Source of the DNA: a bacterium
GTDB lineage: Bacteria > Hinthialibacterota > Hinthialibacteria > Hinthialibacterales > Hinthialibacteraceae
Direction of reading: 5' to 3'
NCBI GenBank assembly: GCA_963662285.2
Contig: CAXXMV010000002.1
Coordinates: 608,001-672,000 of the forward strand
Length of the DNA: 64,000 nt
The notes under the pieces are model-generated. The model was not told the origin of the DNA. It did not search any database and saw only the letters and a list, made by a program, of their open reading frames with translations. This document shows, piece after piece, positions 52,280 to 63,116 of the stretch (positions are counted from its first letter, which is position 1; each line of letters starts with the position of its first letter). Made by a program: the position numbers and the translations under genes.

Positions 52280-53761
52280 TCACCTGATTAACTTGAATGG
52301 CTTGATGGTTTTGCGCTTTTCGATGTATTTAAGCACCGAGTCTCTTAAAGTTATTCCGGTGTCTTGCCACACAAGAGATATATGTTGAGATTGTTTTTCC
52401 ATTTGATCTTTTATAAAACTATTGGTGACGATTTTATAGGTTTTATTTGGATCGACTGGGTTGTGACCATAAAAACCAAACTTACTATCCAGAATTTCCG
52501 AGCCTTTGCATTGCGCCACTACCAGGGTGTTTTCAAAGGGGAAAATATTCCATATTTCGCGATAATCGAATGCACCCTTTTTCAGCAGACCGCGGGTTCC
52601 GCCGCTGTTATGGTGGGCGTAATCGGCGCCGGTTGACTGCATAAAAGATTCCTCGGCCAGGCAAAGCATGGCTGTTTTGTCGAATTCAGATTGTGCTACG
52701 CCCAAAGGTCTATCCAGCATCTCCTCCACTTGCTCTTCCCATTTTCGGACTTCTCTCAGAGTTTGCGGATCCGGGGCGGCCAAATCTTTATTAACTGGAA
52801 TTAATTTGTAGGAAAAATCCTGTATTTGATCTTTTTCGGTATCAAAAGTAAGATCGATTCGTCCGATAAACTTACCATATTCTCCCGCTTGGGTAATAGG
52901 AATCGGGCTAATGTATTTGGCGGAAAAAATAGTAGTATCGTTATATTCCCCTAATTCTAATCCTACATTCTTTAGATATTTCCGGTTTCCTGTAGTGTTA
53001 TCCCGAGGATTAAATTGGAGAATGCCGATGAATTTATCTTTATTTTTGGTTATCCGGGAAATTCGCGTATGAGAATGTCCGCCCACAATAAGATCACAAC
53101 CAATGGTTTTCTTGGCGATTCTCAAATCATTGTATTTTCCTACATGGGTTAAGGCGATCAACATATCGCATTGTTCTGAGACTATTGGGATAAGGTGGTT
53201 TAAGGTTTCTATCTCGCCGGGAAAATTAACTCCGTCAGTTGCGAATTTGGTAGTATCGAAAGGCGTATCTTCTGATACGATCCCGATAACGCCAATTTTC
53301 AATGCGCCTTTTTCAATAATTACATATTCCGCATCACCCAGTATTTCATGCTGTCTCTGTGCGTTCTTGACGAAGGCATTAGCGCAGAGCAACGGGAAAT
53401 TAGCAATGTCGCGGAAGCGTTCAATGCGCTGCCAGCCATAATCGAACTCATGGTTTCCTAGACATGCGGCATCAAGGCCCCAATGATTTGTGACATGAAA
53501 GATCGGGTCTCCGCTGAACACGGATGAAACCGCCGTCCCGCTGATCATATCTCCCGCATTGAGAATTAAAACATGCTTTTCTTCTAAGCGGACTTTCTTG
53601 AAATAAGCGGCGATCCGGGCCGCCCCGCCCCGGTCTGCTTTATCAGGAATTAAATGACCATGTAAATCGTTGGTGGAAAGAATCGTCAACGGAATGATTT
53701 CTGCCCATAGCAAAGGTATGGATAAACAAATAAAAAATACAAAAATTGCAGCGCGTTTCAT
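52280..53761 (-). CDS. Secreted bifunctional metallophosphatase/5'-nucleotidase
   Basis: TNDLHG, AGD, GNHEFD, LTH, GGHSH and NSGGTR motifs. Confidence 0.9.
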   Translation of the reverse strand: MKRAAIFVFFICLSIPLLWAEIIPLTILSTNDLHGHLIPDKADRGGAARIAAYFKKVRLEEKHVLILNAGDMISGTAVSSVFSGDPIFHVTNHWGLDAACLGNHEFDYGWQRIERFRDIANFPLLCANAFVKNAQRQHEILGDAEYVIIEKGALKIGVIGIVSEDTPFDTTKFATDGVNFPGEIETLNHLIPIVSEQCDMLIALTHVGKYNDLRIAKKTIGCDLIVGGHSHTRISRITKNKDKFIGILQFNPRDNTTGNRKYLKNVGLELGEYNDTTIFSAKYISPIPITQAGEYGKFIGRIDLTFDTEKDQIQDFSYKLIPVNKDLAAPDPQTLREVRKWEEQVEEMLDRPLGVAQSEFDKTAMLCLAEESFMQSTGADYAHHNSGGTRGLLKKGAFDYREIWNIFPFENTLVVAQCKGSEILDSKFGFYGHNPVDPNKTYKIVTNSFIKDQMEKQSQHISLVWQDTGITLRDSVLKYIEKRKTIKPFKLIR

Positions 53762-53781
53762 GACAAGATTCCTGTAATACG

Positions 53782-53873
53782 AAATGTAGGGGGTAATCCC
53801 TTGTGGTTACCCGATTTTAAATCCACTATGCATTTTAATATAACGGGCGCCCATGAAAGACTCCCCTACATTT
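53782..53873. repeat. Inverted pair of GTAG-type REP elements (REPIN/BIME-like)
   Basis: AAATGTAGGGG...CCCCTACATTT terminal inverted repeats; the left arm carries the hairpin GGGTAATC-ccttgt-GGTTACCC. Confidence 0.7.
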
Positions 53874-53877
53874 ACAA

Positions 53878-56499
53878 TCAAGCCTTAAGTTCGATATGAA
53901 TGGATTCATTGGCGCCCAGGTTGATTGCCTCTGGAAGAGAAACGATAGCCCGGTCATTGGCTCGTTGCGCCGCGACGGAATATGTGTCGTCTCCCGATGT
54001 GACTTCCGCCTCGAAATAACCCTTTCTGCTTTTTGGCGCTGGGAGGGAAAATTTTTGCAGTGAAGCGCGTCCATACATAATGTTGATATCAGCTTGTAAT
54101 TTTCGTGAACTCAATTCTTGGTTGTATGAACCCCATCCGGCGTCGTTTGACCAGAATCCGGTGAACTCTTTTTGGTTGATCCTGGGGAAGAATGAAATCA
54201 TCTTTTCCGGCGCCGAGTATTTATAACCGGAAAGCGCAAGAAGAACCGACCAACTTGCCAGAGCCCTTGCGTAATGATGGCCGCACTCGACCTCGTTCCA
54301 CGGATTGCGCCGCTCACCGTCATAGCGGTTGCGGATTGCTTTGACTATATCAATGCCTTCATCTACGAAGCCTTCATATATCAAGTGGGAGGCTACCTGA
54401 TATTCGATGCCAGTCCAAACCTCGTCTGAATAGACGAAGGGAAGGGCGGGGCGCTTTCCTTTAGGCCAGGAGCATAGCAACAATCCCGCTTCATCGCCCA
54501 GGGCGTAAATACGTTGGGGATTGTAATGTTCTGACAGCGTCTCGCGGAAGTTGTATTTGTATATAGAGTTAACTGCTTTTTTGACTTTCTCTTCAGGCAG
54601 AACATGCCCCAGGTCAACAACATGCGCCATCCATTGACCCAGCAACTGGTCGGATAGACAACCGTTTCCCAGTTGGTACTTGGTATGTTTTTCTGGATTA
54701 TACACCTGGACATAATAGTCGCCTTTCCAGGTTTGCCGGTCAAGCATCGATGATCCATTCTCGTGCATACGCTTATATTCAGCGGCGGCGGCGTGGTCTC
54801 CCAAAGCCAGCGCCATTTTTTCGGCGGCGCGTAGTGCGGTCAGATAGATTGCGCCCATCATGGGATTAGGCCCATAAAACTCGATGTCGTAAGTGTTATG
54901 CTGCTGTCCTTCCATGACGCCGTTTTTATCGGGGTCCCAATCCTTCCAGGCGAATTCCAGGGCTTGTTTGGCTTTGGGCCACATTTTTTTGAGGAATACC
55001 ATATCGCCTGACAAGAGCCATTCACGATATAGTTTTATGATGCAGCCCATCTGACCGTCGGCGGCGGCGTGAAATTCCCAGCGTTTCTTGCCCAGTGGAA
55101 TCAGCGTACGGAAAGACATCTTTCCGTCATCATGGGTATTGAACAGAAAATCGGTGTCGCGCATAGTCCGTTCCATAGCGGGGAACAGATAAGCCAGGGT
55201 TTGTTCATAGTTCCATACATGGGTGCAGTTGAGCGGGCAGCATCCGCCTTGGTCGGAACAGCCTTCAAAGGCGAAAAATTTTCCGTACTGGTCGCGGAAG
55301 CAGGTGTTGGTTCTGATGATGGATGATTGGCTGGATACTGCGTCGAGCACCTCATCCGGCACGGTGCAATCGTAGAGCGCTTTGTGGAACAGGCGGGTTT
55401 CCTGTTCGAGCCGGTAGAGATTTCCTACTACGTATTTCGCCGCGTCCCAGGCGCTGGAGTATTGCGTGGCGTAATAGTTGCCGACCAATTGTCCTTTGAC
55501 TTCTTTGTCGCCGTTCCAATAATTTTTCCGGTTGGGGAAATGCCAGGTGATGATGAAGGGAACCGTAGCCTTCTCTCCTGGAGCGAGTTTCAAAACTGCG
55601 CCAAGCGAAGCGGTATCGGTTTTGTTAGCAGGGCTGGGATCGGAAGGATCAATGGCATTGAGTTTTCCGTCATCGGAGAAATCGTTCCAGAAAAGGCTTT
55701 GGGCGTCAAACCATCCGCCGCGATCCCAACGGCAGGTGTAGGTGACCTTTTTATGTTGTGTGAGAAGCGCCATACTGCCGAACTTTTCATCATCTTTATC
55801 AAATTTATGGCTGCGCATGTAGATGCCCCTGAAGGCGTCATCATCTATGTATTCATTAATATTCTTACCGTGATCTTTGTCGCCGACGATATTTTCCATT
55901 GAGGCCATTAATGTTAGTTCTATAGGGAGTTTGCTGGTGTTTTTTAATTGCCAGTAAAATACTCCAGCCGGGATGCCGGAATCTTTCTCGTTGAGAGGAA
56001 TAAAAGGATTGAAAGCCTCCAGTGAAATATCCAGCGGCACGCGGTCGTCGGAAAATTCGATGCGGGCGAAGGGATACGAACCCATGAAACGCGCATTCCT
56101 CAAACGCGGCATACCGGGCAGTTCTCCGCGATTCAGGCCGAAGCCTCCACGGAAGGGCGGTTTGATCTCGGATTCGAGCACGAATGCGCGGCTGGATTTT
56201 CCTTCTTCTTTATACCAAAGGCCAAAAAAGGTATTGTTGAGATTACGGTTCTTGTCGGGGCGGTTGTAGAGTTCCCAATCACGCAGATTGCCCCGGCCGC
56301 CAATAGAGAAGGTCCCTGTTCCGATTCCACCTAGAGGGAAAGCGATTTCAGAAAGAAAAGGTTCTTCAAATACGCGCCATGCATGATCTATGTTTTTGTT
56401 ACGAGAAGAGGCGGCTTCAACTTTTTTAGTAGTACCAAATAATCCGGCGAATGGAGCTGCTGATAAAACCTTTAGAACGTCGCGTCGCTTAAATTCCAT
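53878..56499 (-). CDS. Tat-exported GH116 beta-glucosidase/xylosidase (GBA2-like)
   Basis: KRRDVLK twin-arginine signal, PLGGIGTG, HNTYD, DQLLGQW, EVWTGIEY and CGHHYARA. Confidence 0.9.
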   Translation of the reverse strand: MEFKRRDVLKVLSAAPFAGLFGTTKKVEAASSRNKNIDHAWRVFEEPFLSEIAFPLGGIGTGTFSIGGRGNLRDWELYNRPDKNRNLNNTFFGLWYKEEGKSSRAFVLESEIKPPFRGGFGLNRGELPGMPRLRNARFMGSYPFARIEFSDDRVPLDISLEAFNPFIPLNEKDSGIPAGVFYWQLKNTSKLPIELTLMASMENIVGDKDHGKNINEYIDDDAFRGIYMRSHKFDKDDEKFGSMALLTQHKKVTYTCRWDRGGWFDAQSLFWNDFSDDGKLNAIDPSDPSPANKTDTASLGAVLKLAPGEKATVPFIITWHFPNRKNYWNGDKEVKGQLVGNYYATQYSSAWDAAKYVVGNLYRLEQETRLFHKALYDCTVPDEVLDAVSSQSSIIRTNTCFRDQYGKFFAFEGCSDQGGCCPLNCTHVWNYEQTLAYLFPAMERTMRDTDFLFNTHDDGKMSFRTLIPLGKKRWEFHAAADGQMGCIIKLYREWLLSGDMVFLKKMWPKAKQALEFAWKDWDPDKNGVMEGQQHNTYDIEFYGPNPMMGAIYLTALRAAEKMALALGDHAAAAEYKRMHENGSSMLDRQTWKGDYYVQVYNPEKHTKYQLGNGCLSDQLLGQWMAHVVDLGHVLPEEKVKKAVNSIYKYNFRETLSEHYNPQRIYALGDEAGLLLCSWPKGKRPALPFVYSDEVWTGIEYQVASHLIYEGFVDEGIDIVKAIRNRYDGERRNPWNEVECGHHYARALASWSVLLALSGYKYSAPEKMISFFPRINQKEFTGFWSNDAGWGSYNQELSSRKLQADINIMYGRASLQKFSLPAPKSRKGYFEAEVTSGDDTYSVAAQRANDRAIVSLPEAINLGANESIHIELKA

Positions 56500-56778
56500 G
56501 ATTTTTTTCTCCCCAATCTATTAATAGTCATTTGTGATATCTAAACATATTGATAGCGAATATTCAATCAAGAATGCTAAAAAAATGTGAGAATATGTAA
56601 CATCGGATGATTATATAGAAATAGTTAAGGTGGATTTGAGGCGCATTAGGCTTGAAGATTGAAAAGAAATTGGTTAATTTGAAGTGGAACAATACAGTGG
56701 GACCGTGAAATATTCTCAACCAGCGGTCTGTATACTAAAATAAATAAATATTTTTTATTGATGAAAGGGGCATTTATT

Positions 56779-57819
56779 ATGGCTCAAGCAGTTTTTCATT
56801 CCAGTATTGAAGGCGCCCAGCACGGTCCCAAAGGCCTGGATGGTTTCTTGGATTTCGCTAAAGGCGCAGGCGCAGCAGGCGCACAGCCATCTCATTTTAT
56901 GTTGGAAAACGGTCAAGGCGGTTTCAAAAGCGCCAGTGATATCAAAAACGCCTTTGATTCACGCGGCCTGAAATTTGATGGCGTTTCAATTCATTGCGCA
57001 ACCTGGGTGCATACTACTGCATGGACCCAGAGTCCTACGATCAAGCCTTTTATTCCTGCCGACGTCGCCGCTAAATCTCCAGCCGAAATTGAACAATGGG
57101 CCGAAGATTACACATTGAGATTTTTTGATCTGGCTGCTGAAATGGGCATCAAAATCCTTCCTATGTTCTGGGGCGTTGCCTATGGATGGGAAGTTGCAAC
57201 CGGATATCCCTGGGGATTCTTCGCCGGTCCGGATTATGACCTGATCAAAGAAGGCGACGAACGTTTTGTTACAAAAACAGCCAAAATTCGCGCCAAAGCC
57301 AATTCTCTCGGCATCATTCTGGCTCACGAAATTCATCCTGGCACCGCCGCCATGTGCGCTGATGATTTCAACCATCTGGTTGACATCTGCGACGGCGATG
57401 CCTGCCTGGGCGTTAATGTTGATCCATCACACTGCTGGGAAGGCGAAACCTGGGAAACCCGTTTCCTTAAAGTCGCAGACCGCTGCTATGGCTGCCACAT
57501 CAAGAATCACGTTATCCGTCCTGGATTCCCGTTACGCTCCATGGAAGGCGATTGGACTAAACGCGCCATGCAATTCAGCGATCTGCCTACCGGCGACATC
57601 AACATGACCCGTTTCACCGAGTTGATGCTCGCTATCGGCTACCCGCAGAAATACCTGAGCAAAATGGGTTCCGGCACTGCTCCTCTGGTAGTCGAAGCCG
57701 AAAGCGCTCACCGTCATCCAGATGACACCAGCATCAATGGCATTCAGTACGTGCGCGACGAACTATGCTTCAATGTTGCCGAAGGCAGCTTCGAAGACAA
57801 CATGGGCGCAGACAAATAA
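56779..57819 (+). CDS. Sugar phosphate isomerase/epimerase (xylose-isomerase-like TIM barrel)
   Basis: AHEIHPG, NVDPSH, CHIKN and VVEAE metal-ligand pattern. Confidence 0.8.
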   Translation: MAQAVFHSSIEGAQHGPKGLDGFLDFAKGAGAAGAQPSHFMLENGQGGFKSASDIKNAFDSRGLKFDGVSIHCATWVHTTAWTQSPTIKPFIPADVAAKSPAEIEQWAEDYTLRFFDLAAEMGIKILPMFWGVAYGWEVATGYPWGFFAGPDYDLIKEGDERFVTKTAKIRAKANSLGIILAHEIHPGTAAMCADDFNHLVDICDGDACLGVNVDPSHCWEGETWETRFLKVADRCYGCHIKNHVIRPGFPLRSMEGDWTKRAMQFSDLPTGDINMTRFTELMLAIGYPQKYLSKMGSGTAPLVVEAESAHRHPDDTSINGIQYVRDELCFNVAEGSFEDNMGADK

Positions 57820-57843
57820 TCTGTATTAATACATAACACTTAT

Positions 57844-57879
57844 CAAGGCGTTTTCCTGTGAGGAAAACGCCTTGTTTTT
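57844..57879 (+). terminator. Intrinsic terminator
   Basis: CAAGGCGTTTTCCT-gtg-AGGAAAACGCCTTG-TTTTT. Confidence 0.85.
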
Positions 57880-58351
57880 GTTTGAGCGATGGTGTTTTTG
57901 AGATAATACTGATATAAAAAGAATGCGGATGATGAAAAATCCTGTATATTCTGCTAATCCAGAGTATCATGACTCAGACAAGAAATAGACCAAAATTATA
58001 TAAAGGTACTCAAATTCATCTTGAATCCTCTCCACGATGAAGATTATTAATATTTTACAAAGATGTTTTTTGAAAATTTGTATAAAATTAATATCAAGAA
58101 TATTGCGTTTCACTCTGCTTTGGCGCACTACATATAGTGTTTTTGGTGGATAATTCATAAATAAGTTAAATGACGGATTCTGAATAGATCAGGGAATAAT
58201 TGTTCTAGTATCAATCGCACATTGACGAAGGCATCCAATTTCTTATACTATTATGTTTACAGGAACGCATCTTCCTGGTACAACCCGCAGCCGCATAATA
58301 TGATATTTATATTGTCCAAAAATTTGCATCGGCGCGGTGAGGAGTATTAGT

Positions 58352-59599
58352 ATGCCGAGTTACAGCTATAAAGCGCTGGATAAAGGCGGCAAAGAGATAA
58401 AAGGCTCAATCGAAGCCACCGGTGAAGAAGCGGTCGTCGAGCGCTTGCGCAGCATGGGTTATTACGTAACCCAGATCAATCGCCAGAAATCAAGCGTTGG
58501 TCAGGTTGACCTTGCCGATCTTCCCATTTTCCGTTTCATCGGAAAGATTATCTCTCGCGGCAAAGTGTCGTTAAGGCACATTTCAGCTTTTTCACGTCAG
58601 TTGGCAACGCTGATTGGGGCAGGTTTGCCTCTTTTAAGAAGCCTTCAGATTTTGCAGGAACAGGTTGAAGATAAAAACCTGCAAGAAGCCTTAGACGGAA
58701 TCGTCGAAGGCGTAGAGGGTGGCGATACCCTTTCGGAAGCTATGGCCAAATACCCCCGGATATTCAACCGCCTCTACGTTAACATGGTTAAAGCGGGTGA
58801 AATCGGCGGCGCGTTAGAACAGGTTCTTGACCGATTGGCTATGTTCCAGGAAAAAGCCCAGGCGGTTCGATCCAAGGTTAAGGGCGCCATGTGGTATCCT
58901 ATGGTGGTTATTACCATCGCTCTCTCTGTTGTGGCGGTTATTTTGATCTTCGTTGTACCTAAATTCGCCAGCATGTTTGAGGGATTGGGTGGAGAATTAC
59001 CTTGGTTGACCCAGAAACTGGTTGACTTCAGTGATGGTCTGGTTCTTTACTGGTATATTCCCCTACTTGGGATTATCGGGACTATTGTCTTTTTTAATAT
59101 GATCAACAAGACAGGTCAGGGACGTTATATCATAGATAAAGCGATGTTGCGGTTGCCCGTCTTTGGTGTAATTGCGCAGAAATCGGCTATCGCCCGGTTT
59201 GCGCGGACCTTCGGTACATTGCTGGATACAGGCGTCCCCATCCTTCAGACTCTTCTGATCGTTAAGGATACATCGGGCAGCGAGGTTATCTCGCGCGCTA
59301 TGATTGATATTCACTCTTCGATCCGCGATGGCGACACGGTCTCTGAACCTATGAAAGCATTCCCTATCTTCCCGCCGCTGGTTGTTCACATGATTGCGGT
59401 TGGTGAAGAAACCGGCGCTTTGGATCAAATGCTTATTAAAGTGGCCGAAGCGTATGAACGCGAGGTTGACGATGCGGTTGATGGTTTGGCGAAACTGATC
59501 GAACCATTATTGATCGTTATGCTTGGAGGCATCATCGGAACTGTTGTTGTTGCGCTTTACCTTCCGATCTTTACTATTACCCAGCAGATCAAGGGATGA
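58352..59599 (+). CDS. pilC: Type II secretion F-family / type IV pilus platform protein
   Basis: FSRQLATLIGAGLPL, MVKAGEIGGAL, AMWYP, GEETGAL and LIEP. Confidence 0.9.
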   Translation: MPSYSYKALDKGGKEIKGSIEATGEEAVVERLRSMGYYVTQINRQKSSVGQVDLADLPIFRFIGKIISRGKVSLRHISAFSRQLATLIGAGLPLLRSLQILQEQVEDKNLQEALDGIVEGVEGGDTLSEAMAKYPRIFNRLYVNMVKAGEIGGALEQVLDRLAMFQEKAQAVRSKVKGAMWYPMVVITIALSVVAVILIFVVPKFASMFEGLGGELPWLTQKLVDFSDGLVLYWYIPLLGIIGTIVFFNMINKTGQGRYIIDKAMLRLPVFGVIAQKSAIARFARTFGTLLDTGVPILQTLLIVKDTSGSEVISRAMIDIHSSIRDGDTVSEPMKAFPIFPPLVVHMIAVGEETGALDQMLIKVAEAYEREVDDAVDGLAKLIEPLLIVMLGGIIGTVVVALYLPIFTITQQIKG

Positions 59600-59630
59600 T
59601 ATGGCTTGATTATCAAGATTAATTTTCATG

Positions 59631-59664
59631 ACCCCCGTTCAAGAATTGTTGAATGGGGGTTTTT
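59631..59664 (+). terminator. Intrinsic terminator
   Basis: ACCCCCGTTCAA...TTGAATGGGGGTTTTT. Confidence 0.8.
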
Positions 59665-59840
59665 CGTTCGATAGAATTAGAAGATCAATGCTTTGCTCTC
59701 TTCGTTAAAACCTTCTAAAGCAGTATAATCACAGGTTCTCCTTTTTCTCGAGTCATAAAAGCAATAGAGAAATTAAAGTAGTTTCAATGGCTCTGCATTC
59801 CCGAATATGTTCTTGGCGAGCGCTACAGAATAGGATTAAT

Positions 59841-61559
59841 ATGTCATCAACCAAACCGGTTATAGTTCAAAGTGATAAAACAGTTTTTCTTGAAGTTGAC
59901 TCTCCTGTATTTGAAGAAGCGAGAGATACGTTATGCAGTTTCGCGGAATTAACCAAATGCCCGGAGCATATTCATACCTATGTCATTTCTCCGCTATCGC
60001 TTTGGAATGCAGCCAGTTCCGGCTTAACCACAGAAGAAGTGATTAATGGACTTAAAAAGTATTCCCGCTATCCCATTCCAGCCAATGTAGAGGTTGATAT
60101 CCGTGAATATATGAATCGCTACGGGCGCCTGGTATTAGAGAAACGGGATGACTATCTAGTGCTGCGCAGCGAAGATCCCATGCTGCTTGACCAGATCAGC
60201 AATCATAAAAAAACTCATTCATTCGTCGAAGCGCGAATTGATCAAAACACTATTCGAGTCGGAGGAGAATACCGGGGCCGCTTAAAACAAACATTGATTA
60301 AGATCGGATTCCCGGTCAAGGATCAAGCGGGGTATGTCGAAGGCGATTCGCTTGCCATGGAATTGCGCGACTCCATGGTATCCGGCGACCAATTCATAAT
60401 GCGTGATTATCAACGTTCCGCCATTTCTTCATTTTACCGGGGAGGAAGCACCGTCGGCGGAAGCGGAGTAGTAGTGCTTCCCTGTGGTTCGGGCAAGACC
60501 ATTATCGGCATCGGGGCCATGGTTGAATTGGGTAAAAAAACCTTGATCCTGGCCACCAATATAGTTGCGCTGAGACAATGGAAGCGAGAAATCATTGATA
60601 AAACTTCATTAGAAGACGACGATGTCGGTGAATACAGCGGCGAGACGAAAGCAATCAAGCCGGTCACTATAGCGACTTATCAGATTCTTACCTACCGCAC
60701 CAAGAATACCAATATATTTCCGCACTTAAAACTTTTTGAATCTCAAGACTGGGGTTTGATTATTTATGATGAAGTGCATCTGCTGCCAGCTCCTATATTC
60801 CGCATAACTGCTGATATCCAGGCCCGTAGGCGCCTGGGTCTTACGGCGACTCTTATTCGTGAAGATGGTTTGGAAAGCGACGTATTCAGTTTGATTGGGC
60901 CGAAATGTTATGATGTTCCCTGGAAGGTATTAGAGAAGCAAGGTTGGATCGCACAGGCTGAATGTTATGAAATCCGCACTCCGCTTCCGATGGAGCATCG
61001 GCGTGAGTATGTCATGTCTCCTCCTCGTCAGCAATATCGCATAGCATCGGAGAATCCTGTAAAACTGGAAGTATTAGAGAGCCTGTTAAAACAGCATGTT
61101 AACGACCGTGTAATGATAATTGGACAATACCTTCGACAATTAAGGATTGTGGCCAGCGCCTTCAAGATACCGTTATTGACTGGTCAGACTCCTAATGTGG
61201 AGCGGGAGAAACTCTATCAACAATTTCGCACCGGAGAGATTAGCAAACTGGTTGTTTCTAAAGTGGCGAATTTCGCCGTTGATCTGCCGGATGCCAATGT
61301 AGCCATACAGATTTCCGGTTCTTTCGGTTCACGTCAGGAAGAGGCGCAAAGATTAGGCCGGATTCTCCGGCCTAAGAGCGACGGACAAATTGCTCATTTC
61401 TATTCGATAATCACGCGCGACAGTAGTGAAGGTGAATTCGCCCAAAAAAGACAACGTTTTTTAACTGAACAAGGTTACTATTATTCAATACGCAATATGG
61501 AAAATGGAACAGATAAACCCGATTCGGCTCATGGTGTGAAGATTGGAATTACTGAATGA
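59841..61559 (+). CDS. XPB/Rad25/Ssl2-family SF2 DNA helicase
   Basis: N-terminal IVQSDKTVFLEV domain, LPCGSGKT, DEVH, GLTATLIREDG and QEEAQRLGRILRPK. Confidence 0.93.
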   Translation: MSSTKPVIVQSDKTVFLEVDSPVFEEARDTLCSFAELTKCPEHIHTYVISPLSLWNAASSGLTTEEVINGLKKYSRYPIPANVEVDIREYMNRYGRLVLEKRDDYLVLRSEDPMLLDQISNHKKTHSFVEARIDQNTIRVGGEYRGRLKQTLIKIGFPVKDQAGYVEGDSLAMELRDSMVSGDQFIMRDYQRSAISSFYRGGSTVGGSGVVVLPCGSGKTIIGIGAMVELGKKTLILATNIVALRQWKREIIDKTSLEDDDVGEYSGETKAIKPVTIATYQILTYRTKNTNIFPHLKLFESQDWGLIIYDEVHLLPAPIFRITADIQARRRLGLTATLIREDGLESDVFSLIGPKCYDVPWKVLEKQGWIAQAECYEIRTPLPMEHRREYVMSPPRQQYRIASENPVKLEVLESLLKQHVNDRVMIIGQYLRQLRIVASAFKIPLLTGQTPNVEREKLYQQFRTGEISKLVVSKVANFAVDLPDANVAIQISGSFGSRQEEAQRLGRILRPKSDGQIAHFYSIITRDSSEGEFAQKRQRFLTEQGYYYSIRNMENGTDKPDSAHGVKIGITE

Positions 61560-63076
61560 GTTTATTTAATATATTAGTGAACGCGCCTCATGAACGATTG
61601 CGACGATTAGCCAATGAATTTGGCATATCATCTGCATCTCCATCCAAGAGAACTATCTTGCATGAGTTGATGCACTGTTATAAGGATGAAGGCTTTATCT
61701 CTGCATTGGTTAAAGGTCTGCCTGAACAATCGAAACGTATGATCTATGGTCTCGTTTTTTTTACTCCTGATATTGAGACCATTATTATTCCCCGGTCCTT
61801 GAAGAAATTATGCACAAAAACTTGCATCATGGACGACTGTCTTATCCATCTATTTGATGTGGGGCTGCTTTTCCGTGATTCAGATAGCGCAGAAGATTGC
61901 GTGTTGCTGCCGGAGGAGATACGTCGAACCCTGCAAAATCATTACACTTCAGATTTCAGTAAACTGACCCCGCAGAGTGAATACGAATTAGAAGGCATTT
62001 CTGTTCGCCATCCCGGATTGGAAGCAGTTTTTCATCTGGCCTCTGTGGTTTTACATCATCGTCCGGTTCAAACCCAGAAAGGCATGGTTCATCGGAAATC
62101 AATTGATCGATGGGCGGAGCGTTTGAGCAATTCAGATTTACCGGATCAGTTTTTCGAATTCGTATTTGAGTTTTGCATAGAACGTGATTTTTTTACTATT
62201 CATAAAAACCGCATCCGGATAACCCCGGCTGCCAGTGAATGGTTTAACCGGGACGAAATCTCCATAAAAAACGATATCTGGTCTTATTATCTGGAAACGC
62301 GAATAATGCCCAATCCCGCCCTCCAGGCTTTATTGGTGGTTTTGCGCTCGATGGAAAAATTTGTGCAGGATAACAATAAATCTCCGGTTTATTCCATATC
62401 TGATTTCCATTCCGCCTGGAGTGTAGCGATTCAAGAAGATGACTCAATATCCCTATGTCTGGATGCTCTTAAGTGGTTATCATTTCTTGGTCTTATCCAA
62501 TTTAATACGCCGAAAAAGCCAACAACGTTTTTTCTAACTCGCGTCGGAATCGAAAATCTGCTCTATATCAAATTTCCTCCAGAAACTCATCCTCCTGACC
62601 GCTGCGTCTTACAACCGAATTTTGACATGTTAGTCCCGCCTTCTTTTAGATATCCTGACTTATGGGAATTAGAACATCTAGCCGAATTCAAAAAGCGGGA
62701 TATATTTACCGAATATCATATTTCTCAGCGCAGCATATTATTCGGAATGCGACGCGGCAGAAAAACAGATAAGACGCTAAATTTCCTTAATAGCCTGACT
62801 GGCGACAGAATTCCTGAAAATATCAAATATAGCGTCGAGGAATGGTGTGGGAAATACGGACAGATCACACTAAAAAAGACAGTGCTCGTGGAGTGCGCCT
62901 CAGTCGATTTAGCGGAAGAGATGTCGCATATTCCTGAAATCAGCAATATGCTGGAACAGCGCATCGCTGATCGATATTTCATAATCGCCGAATTGAATGC
63001 ACACCAGGTAATGTATATATTAAGAGATAAAGGATATGAACCTGCCGCCGTTAAACGTTTTGCCGGTGAGGAATAG
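61556..63076 (+). CDS. XPB-associated protein with a helicase-associated (XPB N-terminal-like) domain
   Basis: ATGA overlap with XPB; C-terminal VLQPNFD...LAE...YHIS..S...G...IPENI..W..KYG aligns by eye with the XPB N-terminal domain. Confidence 0.8.
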   Translation: MSLFNILVNAPHERLRRLANEFGISSASPSKRTILHELMHCYKDEGFISALVKGLPEQSKRMIYGLVFFTPDIETIIIPRSLKKLCTKTCIMDDCLIHLFDVGLLFRDSDSAEDCVLLPEEIRRTLQNHYTSDFSKLTPQSEYELEGISVRHPGLEAVFHLASVVLHHRPVQTQKGMVHRKSIDRWAERLSNSDLPDQFFEFVFEFCIERDFFTIHKNRIRITPAASEWFNRDEISIKNDIWSYYLETRIMPNPALQALLVVLRSMEKFVQDNNKSPVYSISDFHSAWSVAIQEDDSISLCLDALKWLSFLGLIQFNTPKKPTTFFLTRVGIENLLYIKFPPETHPPDRCVLQPNFDMLVPPSFRYPDLWELEHLAEFKKRDIFTEYHISQRSILFGMRRGRKTDKTLNFLNSLTGDRIPENIKYSVEEWCGKYGQITLKKTVLVECASVDLAEEMSHIPEISNMLEQRIADRYFIIAELNAHQVMYILRDKGYEPAAVKRFAGEE

Positions 63077-63116
63077 ATATAGCAGTTAAGTTTTACTGAA
63101 AAATGAGAGGATCAAA

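Noticed and set aside
58352-59599. Complete type II secretion or type IV pilus locus
   Set aside because: Only pilC and one distant pilin are present; scattered pil genes are ordinary.
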